A DNA stretch of 64,000 nt from Octopus sinensis (taxonomy: Eukaryota): the NCBI RefSeq assembly GCF_006345805.1, contig NC_043004.1, forward strand, positions 87,854,001 to 87,918,000, written 5' to 3'. The notes beneath the pieces are model-generated. The model saw nothing but the letters and a program-made list of their open reading frames with translations. It made no database searches and was not told the DNA's origin. This document shows positions 40,313 to 49,154 of this stretch, piece by piece; the first letter of the stretch is position 1, and each line of letters starts with the position of its first letter. The translations under genes and the position numbers were made by a program.

Positions 40313-42342
40313 TACATGTATGTGTTTGTTCCTTTACCATCGCTTGACAACCAATGCTGGTGTGTTTATATCCCCATAATTTCAAAAGAGATTGCTGGAA
40401 TAAGTACTAGGTTTACAAAAAATAAGTCCTGGGGTCAATTTCTTTGACTAAAGCACTTTAAAGCAGTGCTCCAGCAAGACCACAGTCAAATGACTGAAAC
40501 AAGTAAAAAAATAAAAGAATTGCTCTTTTGAACAAATGAAACATGCCAATGTAAAGCTGTTCATATCTTCATAAAATTATGTATCTTTCCAATTGTACTC
40601 ATCATCATCAGATATAAATTTGGATATGGATGTATACATATTAATCTTCTATTTTTAAGTGAATAACTGAGTCATAGTTTTCTGTTCAGTTGTCTATTGA
40701 GTGCAGGCACAGCTGTGTGGGTAAGAAGTTTGCTGCGCAGTTATGTGCTTAGGCAAGACTATTCTGCCATACCTTCAATGAGCCAAAAGCTTGTGAGAGA
40801 GATTTGATAGACAGGAAATGTAGAAATCTGTCAAGTGGAGTATTCATGGTTTTGGTTTTTAGACTGAGTATTTTGCCTTTTTGAACATCACCACCCAGCC
40901 CTTTTGTGCTTTTGCTGTTGCAAGCATTGAGAAACGGGTCAATGACGATCCTTCTTGCATATACTTTTCCGCCTGTTTCTTCTCATCCTTCCTCTCCTAT
41001 TGTGTGTCCTCCTTCTGCTCCTCCCCCTCTACTCGCTGCTCTTCCTCTACCTGCTCCTTTTTCTTGTTTTCTTCTTCCTCTCCTCTCCTCCTCTATTTTT
41101 CCTCTGTTTTCTGTACTGACACAAACCGAACCGGTCTCGTAGCATCTTGCCACTTGTTGGTATTTACCACAACCTTGCACAAACATCAATAGAGAATTAA
41201 ACCAACTGACTCTGTTGCTTGTATGTCATGTTATTTTTATCATAACTGAGACAGTAAAAGAAAAGTAAAATTCATTATGTTAATTTTATGCTGTATGCTT
41301 GTCTGCTGTGGTTGTAGTGACATCATTCTTTACTTAATAAAATCAGTGTTGATTTGTGTCAGATATTTGACTTAACCTCATTGAATAGGTGCAGACATGG
41401 CTGTGTGGTAAGAAGTTTGCTTCTCAACCACATGGTTCTGGGTTCAGTCCCGCTGCATGGAATCTTGGGCAAGTGTCTCCTATTATAGCCTTGGGCTGAC
41501 GAAAGCCTTGTGAGTGGATTTGGCAGACGGAAACTGAAGGAAGCCTGTCGTGTGTATGCATATATATATATATATATATATAGTATAAGTAAAAAATGGA
41601 GTTGAACGCAGATGTTATTCAAATTCTTTTACCTTCGACATATGTTTCGAAGACAACATTGGTTTTATTCCAAAGGAATAAACGGTATAAAATGATGTAG
41701 TCTTCTCATCAGGAAAGAAAGAGAACCTATTTCAACAGCAAGACATTATAACAATTTTGATGACTGCATAAATGATAAACAGAACGCTATTAAGTATTTT
41801 TAAAAATAACCGTTAGTAGATCTGACATCAAAGGCAGACCATAGAAAGAGAAGGGGTAAAGAAATAATAAGTTGAGAACAAATAAAGGAGAAATATAGAG
41901 GGATATGTTGGATGAAAAAATGTTCAAAGGCTTGGAAGTAGATTTCTCTATTGAAGTAAAGTGCAGGTGAACTAAATGTTCAAACTATAGAGACTGGTAT
42001 AAATCACTTATATGAGCTAAAGGTGTGTTTCTGTCAGTGCTTTGATTTGTAAGATCGCTCTATAAGTGTTAACGAGGTGATTCCTAGGGCATACCAGATT
42101 TTGAATTTCTTTGATAATTCCTTACTTCAGAAGAAATGTTCATGTATTGCTAAGATATTTAATTTCTGAGTAGTTTTGAGATTTCTGTTTACATTTCCTT
42201 TAGTCTTTGATAACTTTCTCCCAACTGATTTTTCTTTTACAGTATTAGAATTGCTGTCAACCGAAAACTCGTGCCTGAAGATATTGAAAAGGTTTCTTCT
42301 GTTATTAGGAAAGCTACCCAAGAAGTTTTATTTTCTACGTAG
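7993..42342 (+). CDS. SPTLC1: Serine palmitoyltransferase long-chain-base subunit 1; 14 coding exons, 476 aa: join(7993-8049,14287-14391,17675-17778,21006-21099,22401-22473,23383-23515,25344-25473,26774-26971,30669-30764,31469-31565,33353-33407,35293-35410,39309-39379,42243-42342)
   Basis: Manual splicing gives one open frame of 1431 nt with GT-AG introns and matching phases. Translation contains LCB1 motifs: [58 protein letters not shown]. Asn (TLENSF) sits where SPTLC2 has the PLP-binding Lys, which identifies subunit 1. Confidence 0.97.
8676..9785. repeat. Local direct duplication (8676-8931 and 9526-9785) with a third partial copy at 8938-8976
   Basis: About 256-260 bp copies, 850 bp apart, with about a dozen differences. 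Confidence 0.9.
10289..10558. repeat. Long near-perfect inverted repeat (foldback): arms 10289-10411 and 10431-10558, 19-nt spacer
   Basis: Base-by-base comparison shows 3 substitutions plus G5 vs C10 homopolymer length. Confidence 0.97.
13140..13515 (+). mobile_element. Tc1/mariner DD37D (maT-type) transposase C-terminal remnant
   Basis: [39 protein letters not shown] gives exactly 37 residues between the Asp residues; downstream [23 protein letters not shown]...EAMVEAEG. Confidence 0.85.
14287..14391 (+). CDS. SPTLC1: SPTLC1 exon 2 ([35 protein letters not shown]; TM helix)
   Basis: ttttag acceptor, AAG|gtaagt donor; matches human [25 protein letters not shown]. Confidence 0.96.
14880..15480 (-). 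mobile_element. Degenerate LINE 3' end ending in a (GAT)n tail
   Basis: catcatcatttaatg tail plus a purine-rich body similar to the reverse complement of 18560-19040. Confidence 0.6.
17675..17778 (+). CDS. SPTLC1: SPTLC1 exon 3 ([35 protein letters not shown])
   Basis: tcag acceptor, GG|gtaaaa donor; WxPxPLVP motif. Confidence 0.95.
17857..18232 (+). mobile_element. tRNA-derived SINE family C, full-length
   Basis: Head ggaggcgcaatggcccagtggttagggcag...ggtttcgattccc with A/B-box-like motifs; a degenerate copy of the 3' body lies at about 17390-17570. Confidence 0.88.
18290..19040 (+). mobile_element. Degenerate LINE 3' region ending acattaaacgatgatc
   Basis: Same 3' terminal module as the RTE-type tails elsewhere in the window. 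Confidence 0.6.
19160..19505 (-). mobile_element. CR1-like LINE 3' end
   Basis: Reverse complement of 24240-24570; encodes TRGH...[14 protein letters not shown]-like peptide. Confidence 0.85.
20135..20550 (+). mobile_element. SINE family B (tRNA head plus CORE-like cttgggca(a/c)gtgtctt), near full-length
   Basis: B-box ggttcagtccc; many degenerate copies, e.g. about 10740, 12650, 15500, 23690, 32240, 39930, 41390(-) and 46670. Confidence 0.9.
21006..21099 (+). CDS. SPTLC1: SPTLC1 exon 4 ([31 protein letters not shown])
   Basis: ttccag acceptor, GAG|gtaatt donor; CINxAxFNFLG motif; 94 nt. Confidence 0.95.
21160..21430 (-). mobile_element. SINE family B, internally deleted, inverted relative to 20135-20550
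   Basis: Reverse complement matches about 20215-20380 and 20430-20535. Confidence 0.88.
22401..22473 (+). CDS. SPTLC1: SPTLC1 exon 5 ([24 protein letters not shown])
   Basis: ttgtag acceptor, G|gtaagt donor; YGVGxCGPR motif containing the Cys equivalent to human C133. Confidence 0.97.
23383..23515 (+). CDS. SPTLC1: SPTLC1 exon 6 ([43 protein letters not shown])
   Basis: ttcag acceptor, TG|gtatgt donor; 133 nt. Confidence 0.97.
24118..24572 (+). mobile_element. CR1-like LINE 3' end with (ATT)n tail, inserted into a MITE
   Basis: [19 protein letters not shown]...[11 protein letters not shown]...[12 protein letters not shown]; acatgaaattttgatrgaaa occurs on both sides. Confidence 0.87.
25344..25473 (+). 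CDS. SPTLC1: SPTLC1 exon 7 ([43 protein letters not shown])
   Basis: ttctag acceptor, AAG|gtacgt donor; FxHNDM motif; 130 nt. Confidence 0.97.
26774..26971 (+). CDS. SPTLC1: SPTLC1 exon 8 ([66 protein letters not shown])
   Basis: ttgtag acceptor, TCA|gtaagt donor; 198 nt. Confidence 0.97.
27885..28260 (-). mobile_element. RTE LINE 3' end (C-terminal codons, UTR and (GAT)n tail)
   Basis: Minus-strand [30 protein letters not shown] joined to the catcatcatcatttagc tail module. Confidence 0.8.
28878..29110 (+). mobile_element. SINE family A
   Basis: Similarity to 7678-7912. Confidence 0.88.
29940..30235 (-). mobile_element. SINE with family C head and body but a V-domain-like 3' module
   Basis: Head ggaggcacatggcctagtggttag; segment ctgcgacggaccagcgtcccgtccagg resembles the V-SINE core TGCGATGGACTGGCRTCCCRTCCAGG as recalled. 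Confidence 0.7.
30669..30764 (+). CDS. SPTLC1: SPTLC1 exon 9 ([32 protein letters not shown])
   Basis: ttgtag acceptor, CAG|gtaaga donor; 96 nt. Confidence 0.97.
31469..31565 (+). CDS. SPTLC1: SPTLC1 exon 10 ([32 protein letters not shown])
   Basis: catctag acceptor, T|gtaagt donor; 97 nt. Confidence 0.97.
33353..33407 (+). CDS. SPTLC1: SPTLC1 exon 11 ([17 protein letters not shown])
   Basis: tttcag acceptor, GA|gtaagt donor; 55 nt with phase 1/phase 2 ends that exactly bridge exons 10 and 12. Amino-acid similarity is weak. Confidence 0.85.
33543..34357 (+). mobile_element. Non-autonomous Helitron
   Basis: A|TC 5' end (tctctatatataaagctg, then (GT)n); 3' end gagcaacgccgggctatactgCTAG|T; inserted at an AT dinucleotide. 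Confidence 0.88.
34651..35142. repeat. Tandem triplication of an 86-bp unit, middle copy interrupted by a SINE
   Basis: Units start at 34651, 34737 and 35053; SINE A at 34793-35023 sits inside the (TA)n of unit 2. Confidence 0.93.
35293..35410 (+). CDS. SPTLC1: SPTLC1 exon 12 ([39 protein letters not shown])
   Basis: ttctcag acceptor, ATT|gtaagt donor; 118 nt; SPxxHLxL motif. Confidence 0.93.
35479..36035 (-). mobile_element. Non-autonomous Helitron-like element in (TA)n
   Basis: Inverted, highly similar copy of 49155-49674; 5' atataaaatccattctgtc(tg)n, 3' gacgttttgCTTG|T (degenerate CTAG). Confidence 0.75.
36720..37045 (+). mobile_element. RTE-type 3' tail element with two internal ~62-bp repeats
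   Basis: Ends ggacgttaaatgatgatgat; homologous to 47155-47470(-), 48300-48845(+) and 40105-40270(-). Confidence 0.85.
37442..38766 (+). mobile_element. Internally deleted Helitron retaining the helicase C-terminus
   Basis: A|TC at 37442 and hairpin-CTAG|T at 38766; 38070-38450 encodes frameshifted [56 protein letters not shown] (PIF1-like motifs). Confidence 0.9.
39309..39379 (+). CDS. SPTLC1: SPTLC1 exon 13 ([23 protein letters not shown])
   Basis: tttcag acceptor, AG|gtaaaa donor; 71 nt; xALT..YL..E...P.PS pattern. Confidence 0.92.
39437..39718. mobile_element. Tc1/pogo-type MITE with TA target duplication
   Basis: TA|cagggattccccgactt...aagtcgaggaatccctg|TA; internal gacttgcgc repeats. 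Confidence 0.92.
41632..41717 (-). ncRNA. Type I hammerhead ribozyme with canonical core
   Basis: Minus strand reads CTTTC-CTGATGA-GAAGAC-[45 nt]-GTCTTC-GAAA-C-ATAT-G-TC^-GAAGG: 5-bp stem I, 6-bp base of stem II, minimal palindromic stem III (ACATATGT), GUC cleavage triplet. Confidence 0.85.
42243..42342 (+). CDS. SPTLC1: SPTLC1 exon 14 ([33 protein letters not shown]-stop)
   Basis: Long pyrimidine tract then ttacag acceptor; SIR motif; TAG at 42340-42342. Confidence 0.93.
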
Positions 42343-42762
42343 GGTATGTTTCTTTTAATGAATATTTTCTAAAACAAAACTTTGTATTAACCTTTTGATA
42401 CCAATGTGCCTGAAACTTCCCTTGGTTCAGATACACACATCTTGTTTAAAATCAAAGCCTTCCATCAAAATTTTGTGTTAATTTATGTTCCAAACACCAG
42501 CTTCATTAATAACAGTTTCTAATTTAGGCAGAAGGCCAGCATTTTTGAGGGGATGGGGTAAATTGATACCATTGACCACCACCACTTGACTAGTACTTTA
42601 TTTTATCAACCCTGGAGGGATGAAAAGCAAAGTTGACCTAGGTAGGATTTGAACTCAGAATGTAATGGTCAAGCTCAACTTTGCCTTTCATCTCTGAGCA
42701 GTGTAGGTGGGGATAGAACTACAGCAACAATGAAGTACTCTGGACAATGAATTTGACTTTTA

Positions 42763-43313
42763 CCCTCCTCTCAAAATCCCCTCCCATCAAAATCCCCTCT
42801 CCTCAAAATCCCCTCTCCTCAAAATCCCCTCCCATCAAAATCTCCTCTCCTCAAAATCCCCTCTCCTCAAAATCCTCTCCTCAAAATCTCCTCTCCTCAA
42901 AATCTCCTCTCCTCAAAATCTCCTCTCCTCTCCTCAAAATTCCCTTTCCTCAAAATTCCCTCTCCTCAAAATCCCCTCTCCTCAAAATCTCCTCTCCTCA
43001 AAATCTCCTCTCCTCTCCTCAAAATTCCCTTTCCTCAAAATTCCCTCTCCTCAAAATTCCCTCTCCTCAAAATCCCCTCTCCTCAAAATCCCCTCTCCTC
43101 AAAATCTCCTCTCCTCAAAATCTCCTCTCCTCAAAATCTCCTCTCCTCAAAATCCCCTCTCCTCAAAATCCCCTCTCCTCAAAATCCCCTCTCCTCAAAA
43201 TCCCCTCTCCTCAAAATCCCCTCTCCTCAAAATCCCCTCTCCTCAAAATCCCCTCTCCTCAAAATCTCCTCCCCTCAAAATCCCCTCTTCTCAAAATCTC
43301 CTCCCTTCAAAAT
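42763..43313. repeat. 16-bp minisatellite (CCCCTCTCCTCAAAAT)n, roughly 34 units, inside a SINE 3' region
   Basis: Direct reading; flanked by SINE body (gcctttcatc...gaagtact) and SINE tail (gctagccttgtgtcaaaatttga). Confidence 0.97.
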
Positions 43314-43409
43314 TGCTAGCCTTGTGTCAAAATTTGAAACAGTCAATTATATCACAACTAACAGGACTGTTTCTGACCCTTAAGTCTGTTCTCTTTATAT
43401 TTATTGCAG

Positions 43410-43830
43410 CTATCCTTCTCACTGAAGACGTTTAAGCTTGTTTAGCAGAAATGAGGATAAAGATGGTTACAGGCTGTTTTGCAAGAAAGCGCATCAATTA
43501 ACAAGAATGAGTAAACGTATTGAAAGAAAGGATGGAGCAAAGTATCAAATGTGTCACAAAAAGACACTCCAATGAAAAGAAATACAAGAGAGAAACAAAT
43601 TTGTATTACAGTCACATCAATCTGTTTGGAAGGTATTCCATGTTACCATCGGCATTCCATTTTGTGTTAATCTCCTGATCATATCTTTTGTTTAATGTAT
43701 TTTGCTATAAAAAAAAAAGAAAATTAAAAATAAATAAGAAAAATTTTTAAATTAAAGAAAATAAAGAAAAAAATTAAAATTAAGGAAAAGATGAAAAAAA
43801 ATTAAATTTCACTTAAATAAGAATAAATAA
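43410..43830 (+). other. SPTLC1: Putative non-coding terminal (3'-UTR) exon of SPTLC1
   Basis: Donor-like TAG G|gtatgt at 42343/42344; branch-like ctgac at 43373 and ctctttatatttattgcag acceptor ending 43409; repeat-free sequence follows, with AATAAA at 43729, 43760 and 43822. Confidence 0.55.
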
Positions 43831-44043
43831 AAATATCCAGATAGACATGGTTGTGCTCAAAGGAGTTGACTTAGGCTAAATGCATGTTTGTGTGTGTATG
43901 TATGTGTGCATGTTTGTGTGTGTGTGTGTGTGTGAGAGAGAGAAAGGAGTTAGATTTCCGGAAGTCTGAGTATTGAATCATGAAACATTTAATTTCCATA
44001 CAGTCTTCTGTTTTAGATATATGTATATATATGTGTTTGTGTA

Positions 44044-44083
<40 letters not shown>

Positions 44084-44184
44084 GAGTAAGCACATCAATG
44101 TGAAACAAGGTGGAAAAAAGAGTACTCAAATACCAGAAGTAGAGTAATATGCTTTATTTAAAAGCAGCAGAAATATAACAAAAG

Positions 44185-44222
44185 CTGTTACTCAGAGTTT
44201 CACATTCCCGTTTGTCGGACAG
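44185..44222 (-). ncRNA. Hammerhead-like motif with variant core (probably inactive)
   Basis: Minus strand: CTGT-CCGACAA-ACG ggaa TGT-GAAA-CTC t GAG-TA^-ACAG; core differs from CUGANGA at positions 4 and 8. Confidence 0.5.
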
Positions 44223-44961
44223 TTTTTGTTAATATATATACATATATGCATAAATACACACACATACACATGTGTAAATTCTCCCAGGAACCTATGTTGC
44301 AGAAGCAACATAGCTTGTGTACTACTTTCCATAACAAAAACTGCTTTTAGCTAATGAAATTGATTACGTGATTCCTGTTCCTTTGTTATTCATTAATTAA
44401 CACGTAAAACTACACGCAATTTCCAGATTGTTAATCTCTGGTTTTCCCTCCAGTCTTCTAAGATTAAATCTTTGTAAATCATTATTGAAAAAATATTTTG
44501 ATAGGAAGTGTTATTCAGATGCCTTTATAGTAGACCAGTGATTCTTAACCTGAGTAGTAGCCCCCACATGGGGTGCATTGTGAACTCCCAAGGGACAATA
44601 TATGTCAAACAGGTAATGGGTGTTTGGGAGGGTATTGAGATTTTTCATAGAAGTCTTTTTAAGTATCTTTGTCAGGATTAGAATGTGTTGGTCATTGTGT
44701 TATTGGTGAGTTGAGCCAAGTTCCAATTTAATTCTATTATATAAGTCCTCAACTTCTGTAGTTATTGCCTTAAAAATTTAACATGAGGGTGCACTACCCA
44801 TGCAAATATCTAACAGAAAAATGTGTCCTATGTTAAATGGGATAGCATAAGAAAAAAATATTGATTATAAACCAGAATTAGATTCTGTGGTGGAGAACCA
44901 CACCACTACATTCAAATTAAGGTTTATGAAATTGGTATTAACCTGCACAACTCTGTGTGTG

Positions 44962-45015
<54 letters not shown>

Positions 45016-45685
45016 GCACATGTTTTTGTTTATAAACGAAAAGAAAAATTATCAGTACATGATATATATTTATTTGGAATCAGTTGATGATACCCAATAC
45101 TCAGTTTATCAAGGAAAAGTTGCATAGGTGACACTGGTTAAATCATTTCTCATTTGTCGAATGATCAGGTGCTAGTTTGTGTTGCACACCCTCGGCGATT
45201 CATGTTGCTGATGCTGGCTTTATCCAATACTATGTAAGGGAGAGCACTGCCGCTTGGCCTACAGGCATGACTGCCATGGTCAAGGAGCACTTTTCAATGA
45301 TTATAGTGTGCGACTTTGACTACACATTAAATACATACTGCTGACAGAAGTTCTTTAAAAAGAATTCTCTCCTGTGACGACAGATGAACACAATCTCAGA
45401 TCTCCTATTCATTGGCTCCTTCAGGGTCTGTACTGTTTTTGTCAAACATAGCCTGCAACTTGATGCTGTTATATGATGTGCCTCTGTTTACTGGGGCATG
45501 TTTAGATCTTAGGTCACTTGGTTTTACAACATATCTTAACCAATACAACTTTTCCTTTTACTTCATTTCATTATTGTCTGATTAACCACACATGGAGTAA
45601 AATTCTGTGCAGCAATTGGAGTGAATCATATCAACCCACAATATACGTATACATATACATACATTTATATATATATATATAATAT

Positions 45686-45730
<45 letters not shown>

Positions 45731-47154
45731 GTGTATGTATGTATATGTATGGGGATATATACATATGTGTATATATATGTATATACACACACTGCTTTTA
45801 CAAGGAATTGGAATTTTGTTTGTGGGAACATGTGCAAACACATGTAGATTATGAAATTAATTTTTTTTAATTTAATTTTATTTTTACTTAGACTTTAAAA
45901 ATCATCAAATTTTGACTCTGGTTGACTGTTACATAATTTCAACTCCTCTATAACAATATTTTGTTATGTTAAAATTGTTGACTATTTGCTGGTTGTTTCT
46001 TTTTAAAAACAGTGAAACAAAAATTTTACAGAGATTTAAATGAACAAAATGATATATATATTCTATTTTTGCTTTTTTTTTTTTTTTTTTGAAAAGTAAG
46101 CTTGCATCTTTGGTTCAAATAAAAAAAAAAATTTTATATTAATTTAATTTGTTTTGCTTCTCTTTTGGTGCATGTAACCTCAAACAAAATGATAAAGATA
46201 CTTATTTTCTTTATATCATTGGTTTTCAATTTTGGCACAAGGCCAGCCATTTTGGCAGACAGAGTAAGTCAATTATATCAGCCCCAGTACTCAACTTGTA
46301 CTTATTTAATTGACCCCATAATAATGAAAAGCAAAGTTGACCACGCTGGCATTTGAATTCAGGAAGTGAAGTCAGAAGAAGTGCCTCTAAGCTTTTTTCC
46401 ACTATGGTAATGACTTGTTGCCTTATTTTCCATATATTATTAATTTCAAATTTCGGTGGGAGGAGGTAAGTCAATTACATTAACCCCAGTGCACAGCTGG
46501 TACTTATTTTATTGACCCTAAAAAGATGAAAGGCAAAGTCCACCTTGGTGGCATTTGAACTCTGAACATTAAGCTGGAAGAAATGCCACTAAGCATTTTT
46601 CCAGCGTGGTATTGACTCTGCCATTTTGCCACCTTATTTTCTATTTATTATTAACATTGCTTTTTATATAAATGCGGAAATGGCTCTGTGGGCTTATAAG
46701 CTTATTTTGTACCCATATGGGTGTAGGTTCAGTCCCACTGAACAATACCTTGGGCAAGTATTTTTTTTTTAATGCAGTATTGGGCCAATGCTTTGTGAGC
46801 AAATTCAATAAATGGAAATGGTATGGAAGCCCATTGCATATGTGTGTGTGTACGTTTGTGACTCTGTCTTGAAATCATGTTATTGTTGTAAATGTGTAAA
46901 TGAATATCACCATCATACAAGCACTACCATGCATTTCTAATATTCTGCTAAAATATATCTGGCTGTGGAGTAATATTCCATTGTTTGGAAACAGGTAAGG
47001 CTTGGTGGCAGGAAGAGCATTTGGTTGTAGAAAAGCTGCCTGAGCAAACTCCATCCAACCCCTGCAAGCATGGAAATGTGGACATTAAGATGATGACCTT
47101 GTATAGTCTCAGCAATTGGATGTGTATAATATTTCACTTGCAGCAATACCTATA

Positions 47155-47470
47155 TTCATCATCATCATCATCATCGTTTAATATCCGTTTTCTGTGCTAG
47201 CACAGGTTGGACGGTTCAACTGGGGTCTGGGAAGCCAAGAGGCTGCTCCAGTCTGATCTGGCAGTGTTTCTATAGCTGGATGCCCTTCCTAACGCCAACC
47301 ACTCCGTGAGTGTAGTGGGTGCTTTTTACGTGCCACCGGCACAAGTGCCAGGGGAGGCTGGCAGCAACCACGATCGGTTGCTGATTTTTACATGCCACCG
47401 GCACAAGCCAGTCAAGGTGACGCTGGCATCGGCCACTTTCTGATGGTGCTTTTTATGTGCCACCGGACCA
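47155..47470 (-). mobile_element. RTE-type 3' tail element
   Basis: (cat)n cgtttaatatccg tail; inverted homolog of 48660-48845. Confidence 0.85.
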
Positions 47471-48299
47471 TAAAGTCTTTGGCACAAGGCAAGCCATTAA
47501 AAAATTTTTTAATCTTTAAATTTTTTGAATTTTATTATTTTAAAAAATATATTAGTAAGTTTATATATTTTTATTATATTTTTTATTCATATTCTTCAAT
47601 AGGACCATAAAGTTTTCTCTTTTTATTAATGATTTTCGTTCACATTGATTTTGTATATGATCATCAAAGCACAAGTCTTTGTTTACCTGTTATTAAAAGC
47701 ATATGACACCTATCACAATAACATTAGATATGACTTCAATAACCATAACAAATTTGTTGAAGGCTGGTAATTTTACAGTCTTAATAAGTTATAGATTTTA
47801 TATTACATTTCAGTTGCAGCTATACTTTAATTCAATAAAACCATAAAGTCTTCTCTTTTTATCACTGATTTTCATTCACATTGGCTTTGCATATGATCTT
47901 CAAAGCATAAGTCTTTGTTTACTTGTTATTTAAAACAATTGACGCCTATCACAATAATATTAGATGTGGGTTTAACCCTTTTGTTACCAACCCGGCTGAA
48001 ACCAGCCATTTGCACAGGAACTAGGAGTAAACATGTTGATAAGTATTCTTCCTTTGTTAATTTTGTTTACTAGATTAATTTACTAGTTTTATTCAATAAA
48101 TTTATAACGTATATAGAGGTTTTTACTTTTTAAATATTATTAATTTACGTTTGACATAAAAATGGTAACTTATACTTGTATAGATAGGGGTAAATCTTAC
48201 AGTAAATTATTAATTCCCATAATGTTTATATAGATAGGTGGTGGAATTTGATGTGTTTATAAAAAAGTCGATGAGGGTTTCTTTATGTTTAGCATTTCA

Positions 48300-48845
48300 T
48301 ATGTGACACTTGTGAATACCTATTGAGGCAAGTGAAAATCAAATCAAATCAAAACAAATCAAAATAGATGAACATCAATGGAATTTGTATCTTTGTGGTA
48401 CCAGTGCCGGTGGCACACAAGAAAACCATCCGAACGTGGCCGTAGCCAGTACCGCATCGACTGGCCTCCGTGCTGTGGGCACGTAACAAACACCATCCGA
48501 TCGTGGCCGTTCGCCAGCCTCATCTGGCACCTGTGTCGGTGGCACATAAAAACACCATCCGAGCGTGGCCGTCTGCCAGCCTCGTCTGGCACCTGTGTCG
48601 GTGGCACATAAAAACACCATCCGAGCGTGGCCGTTCGCCAGCCTCGTCTGGCACCTGTGTCAGTGGCACATAAAATCACCCACTACACTCTTGGAGTGGT
48701 TGGCGTTAGGAAGGGCATCCAGCTGTAGAAACACTGCCAGATCTGACTGGCCTGGTGCAGCCTTCGGGCTCCCCAGACCCCAGTTGAACCGTCCAACCCA
48801 TGCTAGCATGGAAAGCGGACGTTAAATGATGATGATGATGATGAT
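48300..48845 (+). mobile_element. RTE-type 3' tail element with four internal 62-67-bp tandem repeats
   Basis: caccatccga units at about 48425, 48491, 48553 and 48615; ends ggacgttaaat(gat)n. Confidence 0.87.
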
Positions 48846-49154
48846 CAGTATTGTATTTTTTGGTGTTTAATTTTATGAATTTTTATTTAAAAATTTTTTA
48901 ATCTTTAAATTTTTAAAATTTTATAATTTTTAAAAATATATTAGTAAGTTATATATATTTATATTATATTTTTATTCATATTCTTATTTTTCTATTGAAT
49001 ATGTCTTAGAATATGTAGTTTTAACTTTGATCCGTTAATAATAACAATAAGAAAAATAGCCTGAGGACGTAGTGGTGGATGTATGTATTAGGTATACAAG
49101 GGATTACTGTATGTATATATATTGAGTATACTGAGGGATTACTATATATATATA

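Noticed and set aside
40880-41190. Glu/Lys-rich minus-strand reading ([15 protein letters not shown]...)
   Set aside because: Purine-rich low-complexity sequence with an internal stop and no domain.
42747-43319. 190-aa ORF (PQNPLSSKS repeats)
   Set aside because: Translation of the 16-bp minisatellite, which lacks stops in that frame; not a gene.
45130-45470. Possible unannotated exon downstream of SPTLC1
   Set aside because: Non-repetitive-looking, but all frames are short, with no recognisable peptide or splice pair.
48420-48680. CRISPR-like array
   Set aside because: Units are contiguous tandem repeats with no unique spacers, inside a LINE tail, in a eukaryote.
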